This document shows, one piece after another, positions 27,791-37,414 of a DNA stretch of 64,000 nucleotides. The translations under genes were made by a program, and so were the position numbers. Location: the IMG/VR virus record IMGVR_UViG_3300048997_000130, positions 1-64,000 of that record. One strand, 5' to 3'. Below the pieces are notes generated by a model. The model searched no databases and had not been told where the DNA came from. It was given only the letters and a program-made list of their open reading frames with translations. Source of the DNA: a virus. The first letter of the stretch is position 1, and each line of letters opens with the position of its first letter.

Positions 27791-30700
27791 CTATTCTGTG
27801 TATCTATCTCCTTCTTTCTTCTTAGATACCAATCCGAGATTCTTGATTAGGCGATCTTTAATGTCGGAATCGTCAAGTAATTGTTCGCCAGCAGCGGACA
27901 ATAGAGTGCGTATCAATTCATTCATGTTAGCATCTTTGAGAGTGAACGCATCTTTTTGAAGCTCTGCGTGAGCATCATCCACATCAATATTGATTAGATC
28001 ATAGATATATGATATGGGCATAGATCCTTTACTATATAGATTAAACATGAAATCTTGGAGTTCGGAATTATCTCGCAGAGCCAATCTCGTAAATTGAAGT
28101 TTGGGATATAATAATTGCCTATTCCCATATTCATCTTCTTCAACATAGCCTTTTTTCTCAGCAACAGGAGCAAACAAATAATCTTCAACAAATGTTGATA
28201 CCATGTCTCGATATAAGAGATACATAGTATTCATAACATCCAAATGAATACGTTCACCTGAATATGTTGATTCACCAGTCAGCATAGATTCAGTGATTCG
28301 CAAACCAATAAACAACAATTTATTAGTGATCTCATATTCAGTACTAAGATCTAATAATCGATCTCGTGATCCAATTTCGTCCCAATGCAATTCGAAATTG
28401 GATACAATCGTAAAATCGGGATCGATCAAAGCCTGATCAACTTGATCGCGGATTCCATCAATATCCATCGATGAAGCTTTATCCGCCCAAACAATTCGTT
28501 TGGGCGTCATAGCACGAGATGCAATGGATGATTGTGCCTGACGGAGCTTATCCTGATAGTTCAACGTCCGAAGGCAGTTATGAGTGCGTGCTAAACCAGC
28601 ATAAAACGAGTGATCTTGATTTACTTCAAGACTAAAAACGGGGCCAGAAAATTCATTCGTAAGCACTTCTCGAATTTGATAATAATTATGTCCTTCAAAA
28701 ACTTTACTTTTCAAACCTAATTTACTTTGGTATCTATCAATACACAGGTCGAATAATTTAGAACTAAAACCTGATTGTTGTAATCGGAAAATATCAGATT
28801 GCAAATTAAATGCAATAGTATATAAAGGTTTAGTATTAATACAAAAAGACCCATTAGCTTGCCGCGCTGGTTTAGTTTTAACAGATTTCTTTAAACTCGG
28901 ATTTAAACCGATAGTATTTGTTAATACGAATATATGATCAACTAATTGTTTGGTTGTCATTGCGATAGAAGCTGAATGACATCCAGTTCTACCGGTAGAT
29001 TTCCAACCATCTGAATCAATTAAACCACGTAAAATTCCGAATTTGAATTCTGGTGATGTGGAATGAATCCAATTCGGTAATTTCTTGTCTGATTTATTAT
29101 GACCAAAATTCCGACCTACCCATCGAGAAAACCAATCATCATGAATTTGCAACCATCCGAGTTCATATTCATGTGATTGCAGATCCAGTCCTAGATTCTT
29201 CAAAACATCAAATATGAACGCGACTGATTTAGCGCTTGCCTCAGAATCTTGTTGCCAACATATACCAGTTGGGCCATATTTAGTTGCAGATGGTCTGTTG
29301 GATTCAGTCCATCCATCACCAAGATAATAACCTATGAAATAACCCAGATCAGCAGTCAATTCTAATGATTTGGGACAAAATTGAACATAATTCAATTCAT
29401 ATAAAGGCCTTGGATCCAGATCCGCTCTATGGAACCGGCGAGCTTGTGATTTATATGTAGAATCGGATTGAACGCAAACGGTCAAATAACCGAGTTTGGA
29501 AAGGTCTTTTAAAATAGCTCTATAAACAGATTTGCCAGCAATTCCAAATTTCTCTTGGAATGTAGCATATAGCATATCAATTGGCGAATCCAAATTCCGA
29601 ATCCAATCACAAATTTGGACAAGAATTTGGCTCCGCATATCGCGTTGCGGATTATTATCTGTTCGACGATGAGTTAAAATCAACTCTCCGTCATGGATAT
29701 CCGCTGATATTGATAATGCATGCTTGGTCTTCGTCCTCCGACAATTGAATGTCCATTGTTCAGAATTAAAAAACGTATTTAAATCAAAATCATGTAGAAC
29801 GAGATCGGCATTAATATGGGCAATTTCAATATAATCACCAGGCCGAGCATTTTGAGCTTCTACATCAAGAAATTGATTATCTCTCAAAATCCGGATTTTA
29901 TGATCCGATGTGGACCATATAATATTAGGGAGTTTGCAAATTTGTAGTCCAACAGTTTTTCCTGAATATTGACGGGAACCATGTTGGAACGATCTCCAGT
30001 TACCACTCCCACCAAGCACTTGATCAGTCTGCGGATCTAATTCCTCAATCGGAATTTGTAAAACTTCACCGTTTCGAAGTGCAGTGATTTCGGTCCCTGG
30101 AAGATGGCAACGTTCTAATATTGATATACCCCGATCGTTATATGCTGATCGTTTATGCGCTAAATAATAACAGAATGAAGAACATAAGAATTCTTCATAC
30201 GGACTCGTATTCAACGGAATAGGCTGCCCATTTAAAAGATTGTTACGAATTTCTTCTGGAATGTCGTTAGCAATACGAACGGCTTCCGGATCTTTGGTAT
30301 CTTCAGCACGCAAAACAAGCAAACGATCTTTCTCGGATGGAATAAGTTCCATCCGAGATTTATTAGTATATTGGAAGACTTCAAGTTTCACTTGTTCAGG
30401 AGGCAGGATTTGAAGTCTCTCCCATCCAAGATAATTATCCTGAACATATTTCAAAATGGCGGTTTGTTGTTCATTCTCGGGTTTGGGTTTCCTGGTCTTG
30501 ATTTTTTTAGTATTAGAACGCCCAGCATAATCAATTTCCCCGATTTCTTCTTCCGTAATGTCTGAGATTAAGTCTTCAGGAATTTCATTATGTAAGTCAT
30601 GATCTTCACAAAAGATAAATACTCCGCCGTGAAGCCAATATTCATGAGTGGCATCATATAAAGTTTGAAATAATCGGACTCGCTTGCACATTTCTTGATA

Positions 30701-32206
30701 AAAATGCAAGATTTGTTTATTCCGTTTAGGATCCTTGCCTTTTGGCAAAGATAAACGAATTTTGGACATTGGTACGTCGGTATTATGGGTCGCCAACCCA
30801 TAAGCTATGTAACTCTTCCGATCTCCATCACCATCGACTTCAATGTTATATACTGGTCCATCATATTGAACAGTTCCAACTTTTTCGATTCTTCTCAATA
30901 CGTTATTATTGATTTGAATACAGTTTTCACGAGTTGAATCGGAATGATAGCCATCTTGCACAAAATTAGCATATCTCGAAAATTCAGAATGGAAACGATA
31001 CGGAATAATGATCCGATAAATCGAACTATTTGATTTAAAATCTGTGTCCGAGTCTTCCGGTTCATGACGATGGAGCGTTGGTGCATATCCAACCTTCAAA
31101 GCAAGAGCATAAATTTGATGCGCTAATTGTTTGGATATTGTCGTAGCGACATATCCACTTTTAGTAAGACTACCATCACCATTCCAATATGCACCTAGGA
31201 ATTCTAGTATATCTTCTCTAGCTGAATCAATAATATCGAGGCTAAGTTGTTTATATAGGGACTCACTTCCAACGTGTTTTAAACAGAATTCTGCAAAATC
31301 TTTTTTATAACATCTAACTTCACATACACTGCAGTCTTTTTGCTCACGTTTCTGAGCAACGTGCTTATATTCATTCCCAAACAATTCAACAATTTCGTTA
31401 GCAATGGAGTCGAATTTATCAATATTTAGAGAAAAAATTACTTTATCTAGTTTATCGTATTTAGTATATGATAAAGAGCCTTCAGCCGCATAATATCCGA
31501 GTAAACGCAATTGCGCTCGATTAAAAATAGACTCAGAATTGACCAGAGAAGGTGAACATATATAATCGCCAATTTTTAAGTCCTTGGCAAATACGAATCC
31601 CGGCTTCCCAAAATCAAGACTATGTTGAGAGGGTTTGTAATCAATTTGCTCAGCACGATAAACTAGAAACGGATGGTTTTCAGTGCAATCAATATCTCCC
31701 TGAATATTTTGCACCTTCAAACGAGTGACTGGCCCACATATATCATGTTTGAAGGTTTGAATTACTTTGGTCGATTCTCCGAATCCATTAATGACTTCAT
31801 CACCAACACTCAATGATTCAATGGAATTGACTGATCCATCTTTCATCATCACCGGAGCGCCGGGTGGGAAACAATGGAAGTCAATTGCCGCTCCCACTAT
31901 AGGATGTACGTTATACCAAAATCTAAATAATTCGCGCTTTTCGCGTTCTGATTGCGGTAATTCAAGGAAGTCTGTAGAAAGCTGGGGACTATAAAATTGA
32001 GAATCCGCGGCACTTATAGAGCCGGATCCATTATTACCATATCCGGAAAACCCACCACTACTGATCATAGCAACGCGTATGGATTGCGAAGCTTCTCTGC
32101 GAGCTTGTTTTTCTAGTTTAGTGAGTTGACGAGTCGGAACCGATTGGACATCCACGTGTTTAACTGGATGACCTACTCGAGTTTTGTTACGGGATTTGTT
32201 AGCCAT
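27791..32206 (-). CDS. Portal protein, containing two inteins (about 596 aa after splicing)
   Basis: Downstream of terminase; extein motifs PIVGAAIDFH-TDVPMS, RGISILER-CLRTL, LLFIGLRITESMLTGE, PKLQF. Confidence 0.8.
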   Translation of the reverse strand: MANKSRNKTRVGHPVKHVDVQSVPTRQLTKLEKQARREASQSIRVAMISSGGFSGYGNNGSGSISAADSQFYSPQLSTDFLELPQSEREKRELFRFWYNVHPIVGAAIDFHCFPPGAPVMMKDGSVNSIESLSVGDEVINGFGESTKVIQTFKHDICGPVTRLKVQNIQGDIDCTENHPFLVYRAEQIDYKPSQHSLDFGKPGFVFAKDLKIGDYICSPSLVNSESIFNRAQLRLLGYYAAEGSLSYTKYDKLDKVIFSLNIDKFDSIANEIVELFGNEYKHVAQKREQKDCSVCEVRCYKKDFAEFCLKHVGSESLYKQLSLDIIDSAREDILEFLGAYWNGDGSLTKSGYVATTISKQLAHQIYALALKVGYAPTLHRHEPEDSDTDFKSNSSIYRIIIPYRFHSEFSRYANFVQDGYHSDSTRENCIQINNNVLRRIEKVGTVQYDGPVYNIEVDGDGDRKSYIAYGLATHNTDVPMSKIRLSLPKGKDPKRNKQILHFYQEMCKRVRLFQTLYDATHEYWLHGGVFIFCEDHDLHNEIPEDLISDITEEEIGEIDYAGRSNTKKIKTRKPKPENEQQTAILKYVQDNYLGWERLQILPPEQVKLEVFQYTNKSRMELIPSEKDRLLVLRAEDTKDPEAVRIANDIPEEIRNNLLNGQPIPLNTSPYEEFLCSSFCYYLAHKRSAYNDRGISILERCHLPGTEITALRNGEVLQIPIEELDPQTDQVLGGSGNWRSFQHGSRQYSGKTVGLQICKLPNIIWSTSDHKIRILRDNQFLDVEAQNARPGDYIEIAHINADLVLHDFDLNTFFNSEQWTFNCRRTKTKHALSISADIHDGELILTHRRTDNNPQRDMRSQILVQICDWIRNLDSPIDMLYATFQEKFGIAGKSVYRAILKDLSKLGYLTVCVQSDSTYKSQARRFHRADLDPRPLYELNYVQFCPKSLELTADLGYFIGYYLGDGWTESNRPSATKYGPTGICWQQDSEASAKSVAFIFDVLKNLGLDLQSHEYELGWLQIHDDWFSRWVGRNFGHNKSDKKLPNWIHSTSPEFKFGILRGLIDSDGWKSTGRTGCHSASIAMTTKQLVDHIFVLTNTIGLNPSLKKSVKTKPARQANGSFCINTKPLYTIAFNLQSDIFRLQQSGFSSKLFDLCIDRYQSKLGLKSKVFEGHNYYQIREVLTNEFSGPVFSLEVNQDHSFYAGLARTHNCLRTLNYQDKLRQAQSSIASRAMTPKRIVWADKASSMDIDGIRDQVDQALIDPDFTIVSNFELHWDEIGSRDRLLDLSTEYEITNKLLFIGLRITESMLTGESTYSGERIHLDVMNTMYLLYRDMVSTFVEDYLFAPVAEKKGYVEEDEYGNRQLLYPKLQFTRLALRDNSELQDFMFNLYSKGSMPISYIYDLINIDVDDAHAELQKDAFTLKDANMNELIRTLLSAAGEQLLDDSDIKDRLIKNLGLVSKKKEGDRYTE
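28577..30109 (-). mobile_element. Portal intein 2 (511 aa), LAGLIDADG
   Basis: CHLPGTEI start; FIGYYLGDG, ILRGLIDSDG; VFSLEVNQDHSFYAGLARTHN then Cys+1. Confidence 0.92.
30782..31873 (-). mobile_element. Portal intein 1 (364 aa), LAGLIDADG
   Basis: CFPPGAPVMMKDG start; LLGYYAAEG, FLGAYWNGDG; VYNIEV...YIAYGLATHN then Thr+1. Confidence 0.92.
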
Positions 32207-32236
32207 ATTTTATGAAGCCGTCCTAAAAAGATAGTA

Positions 32237-32809
32237 TTATTCAAAAGCGGGAGGTGAATTAATATTATCTTCCACAGAAGCAAATACCGTTGAGGAAACT
32301 GATTGCCATCGACGAACAGTACGAATAAGCAGTTTAGAGGCCGCCGAAATCTTCCCTAATAATATAACGGGATCAGGGAACCCAGGGTTTATAGGAGTTT
32401 CGTTCAATATTTGAACAGATTCTTGAAGCAAAATATGAGCCGTGTAAATCTTGCCTAATGCAAGCTCGATGGATTCCAATTTATTATCTGCAGGAGGATT
32501 TAATTTTTCGAGACGAGTTTTATAATTAATAATAATCGCCAATAAACCATGTGAAACGTTAGCAATTATTCGAGCATTACTAACTGGACGAATTCTATCT
32601 AATATCCGATGTCTAGATACGGCGTTGGCTGTAATAGTTTTATGTAGCTTATCCAAGCTATTCAGAGATTTCAATAATGAATGGATAGATGATTCCAGAA
32701 CATGCAGTGCATTCGAATAATCAGTAGATATTATTCGAAATTCATTATGCTCTCGAGCTCGAGCTGATTTAATCTGTCGTTTCCTGCGAGAATCTGATAA
32801 ATCGGACAC
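32237..32809 (-). CDS. Hypothetical protein
   Basis: 190-aa ORF between terminase and portal. Confidence 0.55.
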   Translation of the reverse strand: MSDLSDSRRKRQIKSARAREHNEFRIISTDYSNALHVLESSIHSLLKSLNSLDKLHKTITANAVSRHRILDRIRPVSNARIIANVSHGLLAIIINYKTRLEKLNPPADNKLESIELALGKIYTAHILLQESVQILNETPINPGFPDPVILLGKISAASKLLIRTVRRWQSVSSTVFASVEDNINSPPAFE

Positions 32810-32828
32810 ATATAACCTTACTCAATAT

Positions 32829-33077
32829 TTAAATTGACCAAGACATTAATTCTAGTTTCTTGGGAGCAATTAAAGTGTCTATCGATTGTTCTAGATATGT
32901 GAAATTGGATATATCACCATTCATTAATTGCTCCCAAGATCCACCTAGTCGATGGAATGACTGGCAAATATTGATTATCTCTGGATCTTCCAATTCAATA
33001 TCAGATCCCCAGGTATGATCTATTATTTGACGAATAATCCGATAAGCAGTAGTATCTCGTATACCGATTTTATCCAT
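32829..33077 (-). CDS. Small hypothetical protein
   Basis: 82-aa ORF, co-directional. Confidence 0.55.
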   Translation of the reverse strand: MDKIGIRDTTAYRIIRQIIDHTWGSDIELEDPEIINICQSFHRLGGSWEQLMNGDISNFTYLEQSIDTLIAPKKLELMSWSI

Positions 33078-33104
33078 TCCAAAATTTGGAATTTAACAAC
33101 AAGT

Positions 33105-36100
33105 TTATCTTCTACGATATTTAGGTATACGGCGTTCTTTTGGTGGAAGACCATGTAAATAAGATCGATTCCGCTGGAATTGATGATATCCAACAGACAC
33201 CGGCCGAGTGATTACATTAGTATTAATATCACCCATCAATAAAGCAGATGGATTCTCACGAATATATTCAGCAGCTAAATATGCACTACGTACAAGCGAA
33301 TCTGAAAAATCATCGTGTTTCCCTAACATATCTGGAGCTTCAACTACTAAAATATTCTTTCCGCCGGATGTAGCTTGAAGCTCTAACAATTCTCGAATAT
33401 GCGGTGAGTGACGAATTTGAATTGATGCTAAAGAGTTGTCGATTTCTGGAAGTGGATAATCATATAAAGCTAGTTGTCGGCTATACATCAACATCTTAGC
33501 AGTCTGATACATGACCGAGCTATCAGATGTTGTGAAATTTTTCATATCAAATTGAATTAAACCGGCTTTATGTAATTTTTGTTCAAATATAATGCCAGCC
33601 CATTGATCAAATAAACCTCTTTGAATATAGAATCGCTTCGAAATAATTACTAACCAGTTAATTATTTCATCTAAATCTAACTTTGATTGATCTTGAAGCG
33701 TTAGAGCATATGGTACTAATGGAGTAGATAAGTGTGGATTAATTTCTTTCCAATTCCGACCTGCATACCACATTTCATGGTAACCAAGTTGAATTTTCCC
33801 ATTATTGATATGAGTCAAAGATATTGAAGTCCCGTCTTTGACCAAAGCAAAATCAAGTCCAGCAAAGAATGGTTCCCGAGGATTCCCACGGATCAAAGGA
33901 CGTAAATCAGCCACACAACAATCCAATAAGTCATGAGCATTTTCGATCCAACCGCGGATACGATCTGAGAATTGAGCGCCATATTCTGTTTCGAATCCAT
34001 TAGGATCCTTGGCAAATTCTATTTCATATTCCATCGGATCAATGGTCGGATTCACTTCCCAAGTAGGGGCTTGAATCATCAACATATTGGACGATGCGAT
34101 ACCATTCGAAAGCGCTAATTCATATAATTTATAGAACAATCCAGCCTTCGGACCAGGCGAAGAAATACAAATCATTCGACCGTCACTGGGTCCAATAGGA
34201 ATGCGCCGATCGTTGGCGTCTTTAGGTGAAAATTGCTTTAAAGAAGGCGACATCGCCTTATACACTTGTTCGTCGGAGCTTTTTCCGTCATTGATGAAAA
34301 AAGCGAATTCGTCAAGAATACAACAAATAACGCCACGACCACGAAGACCTTTGGCGACTGAACTTTTAAATGTCGATGTTATAGTTGCTTTTCGCGCGTC
34401 ATCTTTAAATTTTTCGTTATCATTAGCAGTCCGGAACTTCATATATACTTGCGTATCATGAGTCATGGAACTTTTGAAATAATCTACTTGAGCAACATGG
34501 CTAGACATTTCACCATAAACAATGCTAGCTTGGTCTTTATCATTGGCTATGCAAAATAATCGAATCTCAGATCCAGGGAGCATGCCATAATATGCTTGCG
34601 GACAATAACGACGAAGAAGTTTATATGTTTCATAAGCAGAAATTAATCCAGCCAAAGCGCTGTTATGATTAGTCATACCATTCGCAACAAATGACTCACC
34701 ATTTGGCACTGTCAAATCATAGACTCTGCATTTATCTTGACCAATCGTTACAACGGGATCAAAATAATAATTATTATTTTGAAGTGTCTCAAGTTCTGCA
34801 ATAAGAACTGGGTCTGCAAAATATTCTTTCGCTTTCTGAATTACCCGATGCAGTCTTATGTAACTTATATTTTCTCCTGAACCAGGCTTTGCGACGTTTC
34901 CGCATGTTTCTTTTAACCAAGTTCGTTTCCTATTAGGAACACTTCCGGATTTGTTATTACATGCAATCGGGATAGATTGTATTAACTTGCGTAAACGTTC
35001 TTTTTGAAATGGAATAGCTTCAGTATCAGAATGCCCATTATTACCGTCTTCAATCCCTCGAATCAGTATTTTTCGTTTTCTATCCGTTATAAATCCAATT
35101 TGCTCAGCAAACAACTTCCTCGATTCATATCCAAGGATATGAATGCAATAATAATATCGCTTATATTTCTTATTCCATTTCTGACGGATTCTAGATATGA
35201 TTCCGAAATTCAGAAGGAGTATTTGGATTTCTGTCGCTAAACGAGTAGAAGCCGTACAAGCACTAATAAGCGATCCTGATTTTTCAAGACCTCCGTCTGT
35301 CTCAAAGAATCCTCTTAAAAATGCCGCTACAACAGATTTTGGACTTTTAAAAATCGACCACGGAACATGCTTATTGCTAGGTTTAGATGAATCATATCCA
35401 AGAAGCCTCAAAAGCTTTCTTACAGCTGTGGAATATATAGATATTGACCAAGGAAATTTTGGACATGTGGATGATCGAGATTTCTTCCTGTATATTGTGT
35501 GATGATCAAATTCGCTGTCTAGTAATAATTCGACAAATTCACGAAGTTCTTCGCATCCACCGGTTATTTGAATAGAGCTGGTTCGTCCCCATGTTCCATC
35601 ACCGACCAATAATCCGAGCAATAATCCCCAGCGTTCATTTAAAATATCAGGAAATTGAATATTACGACGATTGCAATATTTATATTTATCAAATGGGATA
35701 TGGGTTGGCAACCACTCAATGGTTGATCCCGATCGTTTATTAAACAGAACCTTGCGGAAAATTATTCCAAATTTGGCACGCAATGTTGCCAGTAATTTTT
35801 GCAGTTCAGGAATCGACATTCCGAGTTGCTTTGCAACCTCAGCTCGAGACATCGTGACTGGATCATCCAATAAACGGAGCCATTCACAAAATTTTTCTTT
35901 ATTAAGTTGTGGCCGGCTCAAGTGTGGAGGTATTAGACATTGTTCATGGAACTGTTGAATTGATAAATAATCTTGAGTCCATAAATCAGTATTCCTGTGA
36001 ATGGCAACAAAATCGCCGGTTTGAATATCTGTTAGATATTTCCAAGTTACCACTCCATCATGACCGAGGACTTTAATTCGATGATTATCAGTCCCTGTAA

Positions 36101-36707
36101 TATTATAACCACAGTAAGTCGTTATTGATTTAACATCACGAACACCATCATTATAAAATTTAGCAGATTTGCTATAATGCTTACGACCTTCTTGGGCTAC
36201 TGTTACGTTCAAATCTTGCCATTCTGGTCCAGCAGGGTCTCCGAGTTCCTGGATTGATATAATACCTTTCTCAGTTAAAACTAAAGTATCACCTTTCACA
36301 CATTTCCCACTTCTCCTACCGATTGCCAAAATCAGTTCGTGGCGTTCTTTTTTATCTTGTTCTTTAATATTGCATCGACCATTATCATACAAATATCTGA
36401 GATACTGGACTTCAGTTAAATCAACAACATCTTTTTTCCGGAAAGTTGATGAAACTCGTATTCTATCAGATGGTTTTTCCGGAAGTATAGTATCCAACTG
36501 AATATTATAATATATTTTAAGAATAAATTTCTGGACTGGATATAGTCCATTAGGTATTAAATTAAATTGATCAATAAATTCAATAATATTTAAGAATTGT
36601 GGATTATATTCATCTTTATCTGGAGTTTTATGTTTTCGCTTCTCATGTAAGAATTTATCAAGTGTTCCAGATAAATCACTTTTATCACGCTTTTCATTAC
36701 TAGGCAT
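33105..36707 (-). CDS. terL: Terminase large subunit, intein-containing (about 653 aa spliced)
   Basis: Walker A GRRSGK-S, Walker B CILDEFAF, ISSP motif, RNase H-like AGLDFA and HDDFSDS. Confidence 0.92.
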   Translation of the reverse strand: MPSNEKRDKSDLSGTLDKFLHEKRKHKTPDKDEYNPQFLNIIEFIDQFNLIPNGLYPVQKFILKIYYNIQLDTILPEKPSDRIRVSSTFRKKDVVDLTEVQYLRYLYDNGRCNIKEQDKKERHELILAIGRRSGKCVKGDTLVLTEKGIISIQELGDPAGPEWQDLNVTVAQEGRKHYSKSAKFYNDGVRDVKSITTYCGYNITGTDNHRIKVLGHDGVVTWKYLTDIQTGDFVAIHRNTDLWTQDYLSIQQFHEQCLIPPHLSRPQLNKEKFCEWLRLLDDPVTMSRAEVAKQLGMSIPELQKLLATLRAKFGIIFRKVLFNKRSGSTIEWLPTHIPFDKYKYCNRRNIQFPDILNERWGLLLGLLVGDGTWGRTSSIQITGGCEELREFVELLLDSEFDHHTIYRKKSRSSTCPKFPWSISIYSTAVRKLLRLLGYDSSKPSNKHVPWSIFKSPKSVVAAFLRGFFETDGGLEKSGSLISACTASTRLATEIQILLLNFGIISRIRQKWNKKYKRYYYCIHILGYESRKLFAEQIGFITDRKRKILIRGIEDGNNGHSDTEAIPFQKERLRKLIQSIPIACNNKSGSVPNRKRTWLKETCGNVAKPGSGENISYIRLHRVIQKAKEYFADPVLIAELETLQNNNYYFDPVVTIGQDKCRVYDLTVPNGESFVANGMTNHNSALAGLISAYETYKLLRRYCPQAYYGMLPGSEIRLFCIANDKDQASIVYGEMSSHVAQVDYFKSSMTHDTQVYMKFRTANDNEKFKDDARKATITSTFKSSVAKGLRGRGVICCILDEFAFFINDGKSSDEQVYKAMSPSLKQFSPKDANDRRIPIGPSDGRMICISSPGPKAGLFYKLYELALSNGIASSNMLMIQAPTWEVNPTIDPMEYEIEFAKDPNGFETEYGAQFSDRIRGWIENAHDLLDCCVADLRPLIRGNPREPFFAGLDFALVKDGTSISLTHINNGKIQLGYHEMWYAGRNWKEINPHLSTPLVPYALTLQDQSKLDLDEIINWLVIISKRFYIQRGLFDQWAGIIFEQKLHKAGLIQFDMKNFTTSDSSVMYQTAKMLMYSRQLALYDYPLPEIDNSLASIQIRHSPHIRELLELQATSGGKNILVVEAPDMLGKHDDFSDSLVRSAYLAAEYIRENPSALLMGDINTNVITRPVSVGYHQFQRNRSYLHGLPPKERRIPKYRRR
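34662..36302 (-). mobile_element. Terminase intein (547 aa), LAGLIDADG, inserted in Walker A
   Basis: CVKGDTLV start after GRRSGK; LLGLLVGDG, FLRGFFETDG; VYDLTVPNGESFVANGMTNHN then Ser+1. Confidence 0.94.
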
Positions 36708-36779
36708 TAGAATTAATATTGTTCAAGAGGCCGTGCCGATAATGTAAAATTGAAATATAATACCAAAAGATCTAATTGT

Positions 36780-37394
36780 TTAAGTATCAATCCCAGCCAT
36801 ATCCATTTTTTTCTCCCAATCCACCATATCTTTCTTCATTTGTTGGAAAACAATATCAATTATACGTGGTTCAATACCGACTTTTTCCATAGAATTATGG
36901 AAAAAATCTAACCACACTTTAAAAACTGCTTGAAAACGCTCAGATTTGAGATCCAAACGTTCATTCAAAGCGACTTCTTTGCGTTTTAGAAGAAGATCAG
37001 CAAGGCTTTTTAATGAATGCGTACGGCTAATAGTGTAGTTAGCCGTATTTTTCCCTTCTTTAGTAGCTTTCCGGCGCTCAAATTTAAGATGAGCGAGTTC
37101 TTCGGAAATTTCAAGAAGAATAACATCAATAATATCTATAGTACTAGCTTTATTAGAAACCGCCTTAACTAATTCTTGATTCTGAACATATCTCGTACGC
37201 TCTTGGATTTCTCTATCAATTTGTACAGGATCAAGTATATCAGTAGTTGGAACCTCCCCAGCAGCCCCGACTATATAATTGGCTTCAATATCCGGTAGAT
37301 CTTTTGGATCTATTCGTTTTCCTTGACGAATAAAAACGATTTTATCATTTGGATCGTTTTTATTATCATTCCCGTCTCCGGGTCCATCGCCCAT
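36780..37394 (-). CDS. Hypothetical helical protein, candidate terminase small subunit
   Basis: Directly upstream of terL, 204 aa, helical; function by position only. Confidence 0.45.
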   Translation of the reverse strand: MGDGPGDGNDNKNDPNDKIVFIRQGKRIDPKDLPDIEANYIVGAAGEVPTTDILDPVQIDREIQERTRYVQNQELVKAVSNKASTIDIIDVILLEISEELAHLKFERRKATKEGKNTANYTISRTHSLKSLADLLLKRKEVALNERLDLKSERFQAVFKVWLDFFHNSMEKVGIEPRIIDIVFQQMKKDMVDWEKKMDMAGIDT

Positions 37395-37414
37395 AAATGA
37401 CTATACCTATAACA

